A stretch of 64,000 bases of DNA from an uncultured Acidimicrobiaceae bacterium (GTDB taxonomy: Bacteria > Actinomycetota > Acidimicrobiia > Acidimicrobiales > UBA8190), in contig OY970155.1 of the NCBI GenBank assembly GCA_963706205.1, forward strand, positions 1,584,064 to 1,648,063. Direction: 5' to 3'. The translations under genes were made by a program, and so were the position numbers. Positions within the stretch are counted from its first letter, which is position 1. Every line of letters starts with the position of its first letter. Below, piece by piece: positions 50,193-59,991 of the stretch. Below the pieces are notes generated by a model that worked only from the letters and a program-made list of their open reading frames with translations, had not been told where the DNA came from and did no database searches.

Positions 50193-50882
50193 TCACGCCA
50201 CGGGCCCGGACGGCTCCCGCAGGCCGCCGATCCCGAGGTCGCCGCCTCCGCCGGCAATCCGGGCCAGGGGATTGGGCGACGCCGGACCGACGCGAGTGAG
50301 GGTGTTGCGGTCGATGTGGTGGAACGGCTCCTGGCGATCGGGGATGTCCAAGATCCCCTCCTCTTCGTACGACCAGGTGCCGTCGGGGTGGACGGCCACA
50401 TGCATCCGGTAGCTGAGCGTGCGGAATGCCCGGTCCAGGAAAGGGTTCGACAAGATGCCGTAGATCTCGGAGCCGACGGTGGCGCTGACTTCGAACTCGC
50501 TGGCGTCGGCTTCGGCCGGTCCACCGGCCAGAAGAACCTGACCGCGGGGGATGGCGAGGGTCAGGACGACGGTCTTCGCTGCCGGTTCCCACAACCAGTA
50601 CCCGACCTGATCGTGGAACGTCTCGACCTCGCCCGGTTTCACGATGTGGGTGTGATAGCGCAGACCGTAGAAGAGCTGCGGTCCGTTGGTCTGGCGGTCG
50701 ATTGGCTGTAATTCGTAGTGCTCGACGAAGGTGTTGCGTTCAGGTCCGTCCGCCACCGGGTGTTCGTCGGCACCCTTCGTGCCCTCCCAGATGCCCGCCA
50801 TCGGACGGAGCGGTCCCAGGTTGGCCAAGGTGTCGGGATCGCCCTCCGCCTCCGTGTAGATGTCCTCGGGCACATCCGCGAC
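50193..50882 (-). CDS. nitrobindin/DUF1794-like haem-binding beta-barrel protein
   Basis: ORF 50193..50945 trimmed to the GTG at 50882. ...MAGIWEGTKGADEHPV...FYGLRYHTHI...VGYWLWEP... pattern. Family call is from memory only. Confidence 0.5.
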   Translation of the reverse strand, partial: VADVPEDIYTEAEGDPDTLANLGPLRPMAGIWEGTKGADEHPVADGPERNTFVEHYELQPIDRQTNGPQLFYGLRYHTHIVKPGEVETFHDQVGYWLWEPAAKTVVLTLAIPRGQVLLAGGPAEADASEFEVSATVGSEIYGILSNPFLDRAFRTLSYRMHVAVHPDGTWSYEEEGILDIPDRQEPFHHIDRNTLTRVGPASPNPLARIAGGGGDLGIGGLREPSGPVA

Positions 50883-50966
50883 CGTATTCCACCGCCGGTG
50901 GCGCCGTGCGGTTGGCGTGGCGCGGCGATGGGGGAGGCGCCACAAGCGAACCCCGTCAGGACGAGG

Positions 50967-51617
50967 TCAATCGAAGCTCGGGCGTCTGTCGCGGGTCCTT
51001 TTGAGCTCGAAGAAACCGTCCGTGCCCGCCACGGCCACCACGCCGTCCCAGAGTCGTCCTGCCGCCTCGCCCCGTGGTATCGGGGTGACCACCGGGCCGA
51101 AGAAGGCAAAGCCGTGGACCGCGATGACCGGGGTGCCGACGTCCAGACCGACCAGGTCCATTCCCTTCTGATGGGACTCCTTGATGACCTCGTCGAACTC
51201 GGTGCTGGTGGCCGCCTCGAGCACCGACGGAGGAAGTCCCACCTCTGCCACAGCCTCGGCCAGGGCGTCGCCGTCCCGGCGCTGTTGGTTGTGAAAGCGC
51301 GTTCCCACTGCGGTGTAGAGGGGGAGCAGGACGTCGTCACCTCGCTCGGCCGCGGCCGCCGCGCAGATCCGGACAGGCCCCCACGCCCGCTCCATCCGCT
51401 CGAGGTACTCCTCGCTGCGGCCCTCTCCCTTGTGCTGCACCAGATTCAGGTACGCCAGTGACATAAGACGCCACCTGGTCGTGACCGGCCTCACCTTTTC
51501 CACTTCGAGCATCCACCTCGAGGTGATCCAGGCCCAGGGACACAGCGGGTCGAACCAGAAAACGGCGTCGGCGGTACCCTCACTCACCCTTTTGCCAACG
51601 CCGGGGGCGGCCCACAT
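50967..51617 (-). CDS. DsbA-like thioredoxin-fold oxidoreductase of the Rv2466c (mycothiol-dependent reductase) type, with CPWA instead of CPWC
   Basis: 216-aa ORF with FWFDPLCPWAWITSRW near the N-terminus. Confidence 0.65.
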   Translation of the reverse strand: MWAAPGVGKRVSEGTADAVFWFDPLCPWAWITSRWMLEVEKVRPVTTRWRLMSLAYLNLVQHKGEGRSEEYLERMERAWGPVRICAAAAAERGDDVLLPLYTAVGTRFHNQQRRDGDALAEAVAEVGLPPSVLEAATSTEFDEVIKESHQKGMDLVGLDVGTPVIAVHGFAFFGPVVTPIPRGEAAGRLWDGVVAVAGTDGFFELKRTRDRRPSFD

Positions 51618-51685
51618 GTTCCGGGCCCGTCCGGGCGGCCCTGGCGGGAGATCATCTCGGGGAGTGGTCCGTATAGTTTGTCGCC

Positions 51686-52135
51686 ATGTCCCTCCAAGGA
51701 GAGTACGAACCCAGTCCCTCCGATTGGGTGAGGAATCAGGTCGCCGAGTACGAGAGAAGTGGTGGCCAGCGAGCGAACACGCTCCTGGACACCGGTATGC
51801 CGGTGATCATCGTGACCACCCGCGGGAACAAGAGCGGAAAGATCCGCAAGACCCCTCTGATGAGGGTCGAGCACGACGGCGAGTACGCACTGGTCGCCTC
51901 CAAGGGAGGGGCCCCGACCCACCCGGTCTGGTACCACAACCTGACGGCCGACCCGACCGCTGTCGCCATACAGGACGGCCCCGAGCCCTTCGCCGTGACA
52001 GTCCGCGAGGTGAGCGGTGCCGATAAGGCGGCCTGGTGGGACAGGGCCGTGGCCGCCTACCCGCCCTATGCCGAGTACCAGGCCAACACCGACCGGCCGA
52101 TTCCGGTGTTCGTGGCCACCCGGAAAGGCGGATGA
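51686..52135 (+). CDS. deazaflavin (F420H2)-dependent nitroreductase-family protein (Ddn-like)
   Basis: 149-aa ORF with [33 protein letters not shown]. Confidence 0.8.
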   Translation: MSLQGEYEPSPSDWVRNQVAEYERSGGQRANTLLDTGMPVIIVTTRGNKSGKIRKTPLMRVEHDGEYALVASKGGAPTHPVWYHNLTADPTAVAIQDGPEPFAVTVREVSGADKAAWWDRAVAAYPPYAEYQANTDRPIPVFVATRKGG

Positions 52136-52210
52136 GGACCGACGGGAGAGGGGAACCCCCGGTGTTCAGCCCTCGGAGCGGTCGAGACCGAGGGCGACCA
52201 TCCGGTGCGG

Positions 52211-53392
52211 TCAGGGACGGAAGACAACCTTGATGGCGTGCGCATTCTCGCGGTCGATGGCCGTCCTGACCGCGTCGCGGTAGTCGTCGAGAGCGAACTC
52301 GTGGGTCACGATGACGTCGTACGGCAGCAGTCCGGCGGCGAGAATGTCGAGGGCGCGATCGACCGAGTGCCTGTTGGGGCCACCCGCCAACCCGGGGGCT
52401 GAGCTGGAATCGACGGTGTGGTCGATCGAGCCGACCACGGCGGCTTCCTTGTACCAGATGGGCGTCAGGTCGACCTCGCTCACTCCGGCCGCGCCGAGCA
52501 GCAGGACGGTGCCGCGGTGGGCGACGGCACGCAGGGCTTCGGTGACCGATTGCGGCGCGCCGACGGCCTCGACGACGAGTGGGAAGCCGCCCATGAGCAT
52601 GAGGTTCGACTTCCAGCCCACCACCCGCGCACCGGCGAGGCCGGCCAATTCTTCGAAATGGCGGTTGTCGGGGTCGCTGCGCACGACGTGGTCGGCGCCA
52701 CACGCACGCGCGGCGTCCGCTTGATGGGCATGCCGTGCGACCACGGTCACCGGAGAAGTCGGGAAGAGACCCTTCAGGGCGGCCACGGTGGCAAGCCCGA
52801 TGATGCCGGCCCCCACGACGAGGACGGGGTCACCATCGTCGGGCGCGGCCCGCAGCAGGCCGTGACAGACGATCGAGACCGGCTCGTACAAGCTGGCGCC
52901 GCGGTCGGGTACGGCGTCGGGGAGTGGATGCAGCATCGAGGCGTGGGCCAGGACCTGTTCGCCCCAGCCCCCGCCGAGGTCCTGGGTGAACCCGAGGGTC
53001 CGGCCCGAACTGACGATCCGGCTGTCGAGGTTCAGACACGACGACGTCCACCCACGTCCGCAGTTGGCGCACGGCGGGTCGATGCCCCGCGCCGCGCAGG
53101 GGATGCACGGGTCGACGACCACCCGCGTCCCCACCGGTTGGGGGCACCGGGGGCCGGCTTCGATCACCCGCCCTGCGATCTCGTGGCCGAGCACGAAGGG
53201 GAACGACCCCATCGTCATCAAGGTCGGCGACGGACCGGTGTTGTGGGCGAACAAGTGGAGATCGCTCCCGCAGATCCCGCCCGTTGTCACCGCCACGCGG
53301 GCCCACGCCGCTCCGGGTAGCTCGGGTTCGGGTAGATCGGTGAGCGACGCCGGGAACGCGGCGTCGGCCATGTCGAACTGGACAGCGCGCAT
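52211..53392 (-). CDS. zinc-dependent medium-chain alcohol dehydrogenase
   Basis: 393-aa ORF with GGICGSDLHLF, GHEIAGRV, VVGAGIIGL. Confidence 0.85.
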   Translation of the reverse strand: MRAVQFDMADAAFPASLTDLPEPELPGAAWARVAVTTGGICGSDLHLFAHNTGPSPTLMTMGSFPFVLGHEIAGRVIEAGPRCPQPVGTRVVVDPCIPCAARGIDPPCANCGRGWTSSCLNLDSRIVSSGRTLGFTQDLGGGWGEQVLAHASMLHPLPDAVPDRGASLYEPVSIVCHGLLRAAPDDGDPVLVVGAGIIGLATVAALKGLFPTSPVTVVARHAHQADAARACGADHVVRSDPDNRHFEELAGLAGARVVGWKSNLMLMGGFPLVVEAVGAPQSVTEALRAVAHRGTVLLLGAAGVSEVDLTPIWYKEAAVVGSIDHTVDSSSAPGLAGGPNRHSVDRALDILAAGLLPYDVIVTHEFALDDYRDAVRTAIDRENAHAIKVVFRP

Positions 53393-53472
53393 CTCCGCAG
53401 CGTACGCGTTCTCCCGGACGCGCCTTCGGGACCCGGGACGGTGGAACGTCCGCTGGCGTACAGTGCGGAGTT

Positions 53473-54348
53473 GTGCGGTTGTCGGATGCCACCCTCGATG
53501 AGGTCCGGGAGCGGGGTTACGCCCTCGTCGAGGGATTCCTCGGTCCGGACGAATTGAAGCTCGCTCAGGAGGCGCTCTGGCTCCACTTTCCCAGTCCCGA
53601 CGACTACTTCGCCGATCCGGCGAGGTATTCCGATTACGCCCGGAGCCAGTTCGCCGGCGTGGAGGAGTTCCCGTACCGGTCGTGGGATCTCAATCACCTG
53701 GCCTTCCACCCGGACCTCGTCGATGCCGTCGAGCGCTATCTCCGCACGCCCGAACTCCACCTCTACAAGGTCGAGCTGTGGGCCAAATACTCCGGGGCGG
53801 TCAACTACGACCAACCGCTCCACCGCGACTACGGCAGTCACAGTCTGGTCGTCCCTCGGCCCGGTGACCGCTACCAGCAGTTGACGAGCTTCATCTTCCT
53901 CTCCGACGTGACCGAGGAGGACGGCCCGACGCGGATCGTCCCCTACGAGCGGAGCCGGGACGTGCCCTTCACGCCGCTGTACCTCCAGTTCGGTGCTCTG
54001 GCCGACCGGGAGGTCTCCGCCGTGGGACCGGCGGGCAGCCTGCTCATCTACCGAACCGACATCCTGCACCGGGGATCGGATTTCACCGGAGCCGGGCGCT
54101 CTCGATTCTCCATACTGGCGGACTACCAGGTGAGAGGGACGACATGGGGAGGAAAGATGGCATGGCCGAAGCAGGCGCCGCAGCGGTGGGCCAAGCTCCT
54201 GCCACGGTGCAGCGTCCGCGAACGCGACCTCTTCGGCTTCCCGAGACCCGGGGACGACTACTGGGACAAGCAGACCCTGGCTGACGTCGCTCGGCGATAT
54301 CCGGGCATGGACATGGGTCCCTACCGGCCGCGTCGGGGGTCGGCGTAG
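53473..54348 (+). CDS. PhyH-like Fe(II)/2-oxoglutarate oxygenase (paralogue of 23599..24555)
   Basis: 291-aa ORF with LHRDYGSH (HxD) and ILHRGSD. Confidence 0.6.
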   Translation: MRLSDATLDEVRERGYALVEGFLGPDELKLAQEALWLHFPSPDDYFADPARYSDYARSQFAGVEEFPYRSWDLNHLAFHPDLVDAVERYLRTPELHLYKVELWAKYSGAVNYDQPLHRDYGSHSLVVPRPGDRYQQLTSFIFLSDVTEEDGPTRIVPYERSRDVPFTPLYLQFGALADREVSAVGPAGSLLIYRTDILHRGSDFTGAGRSRFSILADYQVRGTTWGGKMAWPKQAPQRWAKLLPRCSVRERDLFGFPRPGDDYWDKQTLADVARRYPGMDMGPYRPRRGSA

Positions 54349-54353
54349 ATCCG

Positions 54354-55247
54354 ATGGCGGCTCACCGTTGGCGCGGGGCCACGGTCGCGAGTCTCGTGAT
54401 CGCGTGTGTCGGCCTCGGGATACCGTCGAACGCCCACGCCGGACAGCCCTCATGGTGGACGGCGCCTCTCGGGAACCAGCCCTGGCAGTGGGAGCTCGGT
54501 CATCCACTGCGCCTCACCAACGCCCGCGACACGGGCACCGACGACCTGCTGCCCAACGGTCAGCGGGCACCGGATCCGGTCATCTTCGACATCGACGGCA
54601 TCATCAACCCGGCCTCCACCGTGGCGGCGTTGCATGCGCAGGGGAAACACGTCGTCTGCTACATCGAGGTCGGAGCGGCGGGCGACTACTACTCCGCGGC
54701 CGACGAGGGGACAGCGACGACCTACTACGCCCAACTCCGCGACGCCGGGGTGTTCGGCAACAAGGTCCCCGGCTATCCCGAGTACTACCTGGACATTCGG
54801 TCACCCTCCACCGTATCGATCATTGAGTCCATGATCGATCGCCAATGCGCGGCCAAGGGGTTCGACGCGGTCGAGACGGACATCGACGACGAGTTCGGCG
54901 ACCCGACCGGATTGCCGCTCACTCAGGCCGACCAGGAGAAGTACATGACGACCTTGGCCCGCTACATGCACAGCCTGGGGCTCGGGTGGTGGATCAAGAA
55001 CCCCGATGACACCGGCAGCAGCAGCTACGCGACCGACATGCATTCTCTCGCTGATGCCGTGTTGACGGAGCAGTGTAATCAGTATTCATCGTGCGGCTTT
55101 CTTTCCGCCTATGTCGGCAACAAGGCCGTCTTCAACGCGGAGTACCACCTGAAGCCGTCGGCCTTCTGTTCCCACGACGACACTCTCGGCTTCAATGGTG
55201 CCCGCTTCAACCTGGGTCTGACCGGCAGACGTACGCCGTGCCGATGA
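54354..55247 (+). CDS. secreted GH114 endo-alpha-1,4-polygalactosaminidase-like hydrolase
   Basis: 297-aa ORF with signal peptide (…GLGIPSNAHA), VICYIEVGA-type segment (VVCYIEVGAAG), YLDIRS, FDAVETDIDD. Confidence 0.65.
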   Translation: MAAHRWRGATVASLVIACVGLGIPSNAHAGQPSWWTAPLGNQPWQWELGHPLRLTNARDTGTDDLLPNGQRAPDPVIFDIDGIINPASTVAALHAQGKHVVCYIEVGAAGDYYSAADEGTATTYYAQLRDAGVFGNKVPGYPEYYLDIRSPSTVSIIESMIDRQCAAKGFDAVETDIDDEFGDPTGLPLTQADQEKYMTTLARYMHSLGLGWWIKNPDDTGSSSYATDMHSLADAVLTEQCNQYSSCGFLSAYVGNKAVFNAEYHLKPSAFCSHDDTLGFNGARFNLGLTGRRTPCR

Positions 55248-55329
55248 CCGCTGGTCCATCCGAGCGTTGGTGCAGCTGAGCATCGCCCGGAGCGCACTCG
55301 ATCCCAGGGCAAGAGGGACAGGTGGAGAG

Positions 55330-55728
55330 ATGGTCGACGAAATTGGAAGCGACGGCATCGTCACCAAGACGAGTCCCCGGTCGGTGGTCGACACGGTTCG
55401 CCGTCTCTCCGAGACGGCGACGGCCAAGGGAATGAAGGTGTTCGCCGTCATCGATCACAGTGGAGAGGCGCGGGTCCACGGACTCGAACTCCGCGAGACG
55501 GTGGTGGTGATCTTCGGGAGCCCCGAAGCGGGGACCCCGGTGATGGCCGCGGCGCCACTGGCCGCTCTCGATCTCCCCCTGAAGGTTCTCGTCTGGGCCG
55601 ACGGAGACCAGACGAGGGTCAGTTATACGGCTCCGGCCGCCCTTGCCGCTCGCTACCACGTGAGTGACGCGCTGGCCACCAGGCTGGCGGGCATCGACGG
55701 TCTCACCGATGCCGTCATCGCCGTGTAG
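55330..55728 (+). CDS. DUF302-domain protein
   Basis: ORF 55267..55728 trimmed to MVDEIGSDGIV... with FAVIDHSGEA and LDLPLKVLVW. Confidence 0.7.
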   Translation: MVDEIGSDGIVTKTSPRSVVDTVRRLSETATAKGMKVFAVIDHSGEARVHGLELRETVVVIFGSPEAGTPVMAAAPLAALDLPLKVLVWADGDQTRVSYTAPAALAARYHVSDALATRLAGIDGLTDAVIAV

Positions 55729-55766
55729 CGGTACCGTCGGGCGGGGATCGTGTTAGAGAAGGGACC

Positions 55767-57320
55767 ATGGCCGCCGGCGGGGTGTCAGGAGGTCGATCGA
55801 GGAACCTGGTCCTGGCCGCCATGATCTTCGCCGTGGCGATGACGTTCATCGATCAGACGATCGTGTCCATCGCCGCTCCCGACATCCAAAGGGAGCTCGG
55901 TCTCACGAGCACCGGTGTGCAGTGGGCGATAAACGCCTACCTGATGTCACTGGCCGCGCTCTTCGCCTTCGGTGGCCGATTGGCGGACACCGTCGGCCAT
56001 CGCCGCATGGTCACGCTGGGGGTGGTCGTATTCGCCGGCGCGTCGGCGATGTGCGGTCTGACCCCGAAGGGTGGGGCAGCCGAGGCGTGGATCGTGGCCT
56101 TCCGTATCCTGCAAGGCGCCGGCGGGGCGATCATGTTCCCGGCCGCGTTGGCCATCGTGGTGCAGACGTTCTCACTGCACGAACGGGGCAGGGCGTTGGC
56201 GCTGTTCTTCGGTATCGCCGGCGGTCTCACGGCCTTAGGACCGATCCTCGGCGGCTACCTCACCGAATGGACCTGGCGGGCCATCTTCTGGGTCAACATC
56301 CCCGTCGCCGTCATCGCACTGCTCCTCATCGTCATCTCCAAGCCCAGGACGGCCCACCAACCGGCTCCGATGGATTACCGGGGTCTGGTCCTCATCGCCG
56401 CCGGCGTGGCCCTGAGCGTCTTCGGCTTCCAGCAGTCTCTGATCTGGGGATGGTCCAATCCCGCCATCGGAGCGAGCATCGCCGCCGGCGTTGCCCTTCT
56501 CGTCACCTTCGGATTCGTCGAGGTGCGGACGCCGTCACCGCTCATGAAGGTGCATATTTTTCGTATCCGGGCGTTCCTGGTCGAGAACGTCGTCCTCGGT
56601 GTGGCCATGCTCGTCTTCGTCCCGGTGTTCTTCTTCGCCAGCGAGTACGCCCAGATCGCCTTGGCGAAGTCGGCCTCGCAGGCGGGTCTGTTCCTTTTGT
56701 ACTTCTTCCTCGGCTTCGTGGTCACCTCCCAGATCGGGGGCCGCGTCCTCGACCGGCGCGGCGCCAAGCGCCCGGTCGTACTCGGCTGCACGTTGGCCGC
56801 GGTGGGCTTCTACCTCTGGGCCGGGAAGGTTACCCAGCTCAGCTTCGGTTCCCAGAAGTGGTACGTCGCCGTGGCCGGCGCAGGCATGGGCTTCATGTTG
56901 GGTCCGGCCAGCACCGACGCCGTGAATCGGGCATCGAGGCTCTCCTACGGCGAGGCCACGGGCATCACCCAGACTGTCCGGAACTTTGCCGCCAGTCTGG
57001 GCCTGGCCGTCTTGGGCACCATCCTCGTGTCGCAGCTGCGTTCCCGGGTCACGACGTCCCTCGTCTCGCAGGGCCTGCCCCGGGGACGGGCGTCGGCGGT
57101 GGCGTCGGCGATCTCCCAGTCCCAGAGCGCCGGCGGGCGTGTCTCGACCATCCCCGGTTTCATCCGACACGACTTCGCCTACTCCACGCGGACCGTCCTC
57201 TATGTGATGGCCGGGATCATGGCCGTGGCGGCGGTGGTGGCCCTGTTCGGGCTGGAGCCGGGACGGCAGCAGGAGCCGAGGGATCCCGGGACCGACGCCG
57301 CCGTGGAGGCGACCACCTGA
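55767..57320 (+). CDS. MFS transporter, DHA2 (14-TM, EmrB/QacA-like) family
   Basis: Intact 517-aa ORF with FIDQTIVSIAAPDIQRELGL and GRLADTVGHRR. Confidence 0.85.
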   Translation: MAAGGVSGGRSRNLVLAAMIFAVAMTFIDQTIVSIAAPDIQRELGLTSTGVQWAINAYLMSLAALFAFGGRLADTVGHRRMVTLGVVVFAGASAMCGLTPKGGAAEAWIVAFRILQGAGGAIMFPAALAIVVQTFSLHERGRALALFFGIAGGLTALGPILGGYLTEWTWRAIFWVNIPVAVIALLLIVISKPRTAHQPAPMDYRGLVLIAAGVALSVFGFQQSLIWGWSNPAIGASIAAGVALLVTFGFVEVRTPSPLMKVHIFRIRAFLVENVVLGVAMLVFVPVFFFASEYAQIALAKSASQAGLFLLYFFLGFVVTSQIGGRVLDRRGAKRPVVLGCTLAAVGFYLWAGKVTQLSFGSQKWYVAVAGAGMGFMLGPASTDAVNRASRLSYGEATGITQTVRNFAASLGLAVLGTILVSQLRSRVTTSLVSQGLPRGRASAVASAISQSQSAGGRVSTIPGFIRHDFAYSTRTVLYVMAGIMAVAAVVALFGLEPGRQQEPRDPGTDAAVEATT

Positions 57321-57587
57321 GCCCGTCCCCCCCGCCAGACCCGCCGGCATCGGCCGCCGATCCTGCCGCCCCCGATGGCTTTGCCGGTACGGCATGGTGG
57401 CGCCGGATCGTTCACCAAACAGGCGCCGCCGGACACGCCTGGCTGACGCGGGCCAAGGGCGCCGACGGATGCCACGAAGCTCGTTGTCGGGCACCCCTGC
57501 CTGGGTGGCGAAAGCTCGGCATCAATATGACGCCGGTTTGGCTCCCTACTTCTTGTAATGGCACCATTTATATGCCAAACTGATGCC

Positions 57588-58181
57588 ATGGACTTGCGAC
57601 CGTATGTGGAGAGCCTCCACCGCCAACTGGCAGTCGCCGCCGAAGCCGGAGGCGAGGAGGCTCGTGTGCTCGCCGACCGGCTCATGGCGCCTCTGGACGC
57701 GGCGGTCCGCCTCACGTTGCAGGACGTACTCGCCATGGCGGCGGAAGAGATCACCTGCGAACTGGCACCGGGTTCGGTCGAACTGCGTCTGCGTGGCCGG
57801 GATCCCGAGTTCGTGGTCACGCGGCCGGTCGGTGCGTCGGTCGGGCCGGCCGACTCCGTCGATGCACACACGTCGAGCGGCTGGCCGGAGGCCGCCGTGC
57901 CCCGGGTGTCCGTGGAGGGCGACGAGGGCGGGATGTCGCGGATCAACCTCCGCATGCCCGAGCAGCTCAAGATCCAGGTCGAACGCGCGGCCAGCGGTGA
58001 AGGACTCTCGGTCAACGCCTGGCTCGTACGGGCCTCCGCCGCCGCAGTGGCACGAACCGATCCCGGCCATGAACGCCCGCGTATTGCCCCGCGCGGTGGT
58101 CAGCACTACACGGGCTGGGCGCGTTCAGGCGGCGACGGCAGACAGTTACTCGCACCGAGGACGCGCTACGAGAGTCTCTGA
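57588..58181 (+). CDS. Arc/HicB-like ribbon-helix-helix protein with helical N-terminal domain
   Basis: ORF 57558..58181 trimmed to MDLRPYVESLH. RHH segment SRINLRMPEQLKIQVERAASGEGLSVNAWLVRA. Confidence 0.55.
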   Translation: MDLRPYVESLHRQLAVAAEAGGEEARVLADRLMAPLDAAVRLTLQDVLAMAAEEITCELAPGSVELRLRGRDPEFVVTRPVGASVGPADSVDAHTSSGWPEAAVPRVSVEGDEGGMSRINLRMPEQLKIQVERAASGEGLSVNAWLVRASAAAVARTDPGHERPRIAPRGGQHYTGWARSGGDGRQLLAPRTRYESL

Positions 58182-58216
58182 AAGATCACGCCACCAATCG
58201 AACAGAAGGAACTGCC

Positions 58217-59092
58217 ATGCCCACTTTCAACACCCCTGGACCCATATCCGTCAACGTGGAACTCGGGGTCGGCGACCTCCGGCTGGTGGCGAGCGATCGC
58301 GGCGACACCGTGGTCGAGGTGCGCCCGAGTGATCCGGCCAAGACATCCGACGTGTCCGCTGCCGAGCGCACACGCGTCGAGTACGCCGACGGCCGGCTGC
58401 TGATCAAGGCACCCACGGGATGGAGGCACTATTCCCTGCGCGGAGGCGGCGAGTCGATTGCCGTTCAGATCGACCTTCCGGCGGGCTCGGAGGTCCGTGG
58501 CGACGCAGGCATCGCGACGTTGCGCTGCACCGGACGACTGGGGGAGTGCCACTTGACGACCGGCATCGGCGAACTCCAGGTCGACGAGACCCGAGGGCCG
58601 GCACGACTCAAGACGGGAAGTGGCGACATCACCGTCGGTCGTGCCTTCGGCCATGTCGACGTCACGACAGGCACCGGCGCCGTACGGATCGGCAGCATCG
58701 ACGGCACGGCCGTGGTCAAGAACGCCAACGGAGACACGTGGATCGGCGAGGTTGACGGCGACCTTCGCGCCAACGCGGCCAACGGGAAGATCGTCGTCGA
58801 TCAGGCGCACTCCACGGTTGCGGCCAAAACGGCCAATGGCGACGTTCGGCTCGGTGAGGTCGCGCACGGTGCCATTCTCGCCGAGACCGCCTGCGGCACG
58901 ATCGATATCGGAGTTCTCAACGGTGTCGCGGCATGGCTTGACCTCAAGACCCAATTCGGCAATGTGCACAGCGACCTGGACTCAGCCGAGCCACCCCAGT
59001 CGGGCGAAGCGGAGGTCGAGGTACGGGCGCGCACGTCCTTCGGCAACGTGACTGTCTGCCACTCCTTCCCCAGGGCCATCGGGGACGAATAG
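58217..59092 (+). CDS. DUF4097-family beta-helix repeat protein
   Basis: 291-aa ORF with a repetitive xTGSGDIxV / TANGDVRL / NAANGKIVV ladder. Confidence 0.7.
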   Translation: MPTFNTPGPISVNVELGVGDLRLVASDRGDTVVEVRPSDPAKTSDVSAAERTRVEYADGRLLIKAPTGWRHYSLRGGGESIAVQIDLPAGSEVRGDAGIATLRCTGRLGECHLTTGIGELQVDETRGPARLKTGSGDITVGRAFGHVDVTTGTGAVRIGSIDGTAVVKNANGDTWIGEVDGDLRANAANGKIVVDQAHSTVAAKTANGDVRLGEVAHGAILAETACGTIDIGVLNGVAAWLDLKTQFGNVHSDLDSAEPPQSGEAEVEVRARTSFGNVTVCHSFPRAIGDE

Positions 59093-59131
59093 CCGTGCCC
59101 GCGTCTGGAGCCGATCCCGCCGTCGTCGACG

Positions 59132-59812
59132 TTAGGGCGCGCGTCGGCCCGGGGCCGGTGGGGCCGATGATCTGAGCCCGTCGCACACGATCTCCACCAT
59201 GCGCCCGACGGAGGCGGTGTCGTAACCGGACTGGCCGCCGGCGTGACAGGCGCCGATGACCAGGAGCACCATCTCATCGGTCGAGATGTCGGGACGAATG
59301 GCACCGGCGGCCACGGCCCGTTGCCGCAACTCGTCGATGTTCCTCTTCATCTCGTCCATCATCTCGAAGCATTGCGACTTGATGTCGATACCGGCCGAAC
59401 TCAGGGCGTCGAACAGATCGCGCTTGGCCGACGCGTGGCCGGCGAACTCGCGGAGGAAGTCGAAGAGTGCGGGGCCGGGGTCAGCGGCGCCACATTGCGT
59501 CTTGACGCTCTCGAGGAGCTGCTCCAGGCGAGCCACGACGATGGCCTCGAACAGCGCTTCCTTGGTCGGGAAATGGCGGTAGAGCGTCCCCACTCCGAGC
59601 CCCGCCCGCTCGGCCACGACGTCGATGGGGACCGCCACCCCCTCGGTGGCGAAGATCTCCTCGGCGGCGTCGAGGATCCGGGCCCGGTTCTTCACGGCAT
59701 CGGCCCGCATGGGTCGTGCCCCGGTGGGCCGGTCGTCGGTCTCCGACTCCCGCGCCCCCTGTTCAGCGACCCCGGGCCCGTGGTCCGGGATCGTCGTCGC
59801 CTTCGCCGTCAT
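59132..59812 (-). CDS. TetR-family transcriptional regulator
   Basis: ORF 59132..59986 trimmed to MTAKATT... HTH is VVAERAGLGVGTLYRHFPTKEAL. Confidence 0.85.
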   Translation of the reverse strand: MTAKATTIPDHGPGVAEQGARESETDDRPTGARPMRADAVKNRARILDAAEEIFATEGVAVPIDVVAERAGLGVGTLYRHFPTKEALFEAIVVARLEQLLESVKTQCGAADPGPALFDFLREFAGHASAKRDLFDALSSAGIDIKSQCFEMMDEMKRNIDELRQRAVAAGAIRPDISTDEMVLLVIGACHAGGQSGYDTASVGRMVEIVCDGLRSSAPPAPGRRAP

Positions 59813-59835
59813 GACTCTGGCCCCCGACTTCGGTA

Positions 59836-59865
59836 TTGACAAGCGGAACGCACGTTCCGTATAGT
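59836..59865 (+). promoter_or_regulatory. near-consensus promoter TTGACA-18-TATAGT with perfect palindrome CGGAACG-ca-CGTTCCG in the spacer (candidate TetR operator)
   Basis: Read directly: TTGACAagCGGAACGCACGTTCCGTATAGT. Lies between the divergent TetR (59812) and MFS (59992) genes. Confidence 0.55.
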
Positions 59866-59991
59866 ACCGGTATAAGCGGAATCTCCACTCCGATTCTAGA
59901 CCGACCGAGGGCAAAAGGCCAGGGTCGGGAATCCGGATCGGACGGGGACCCGCTCTCGGCTCAGACCCACGAACAGACGGAGGCACCCCCC

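Noticed and set aside
55922-57583. 553-aa ORF overlapping the DHA2 transporter in another frame
   Set aside because: It is an off-frame shadow of the 55767..57320 gene.
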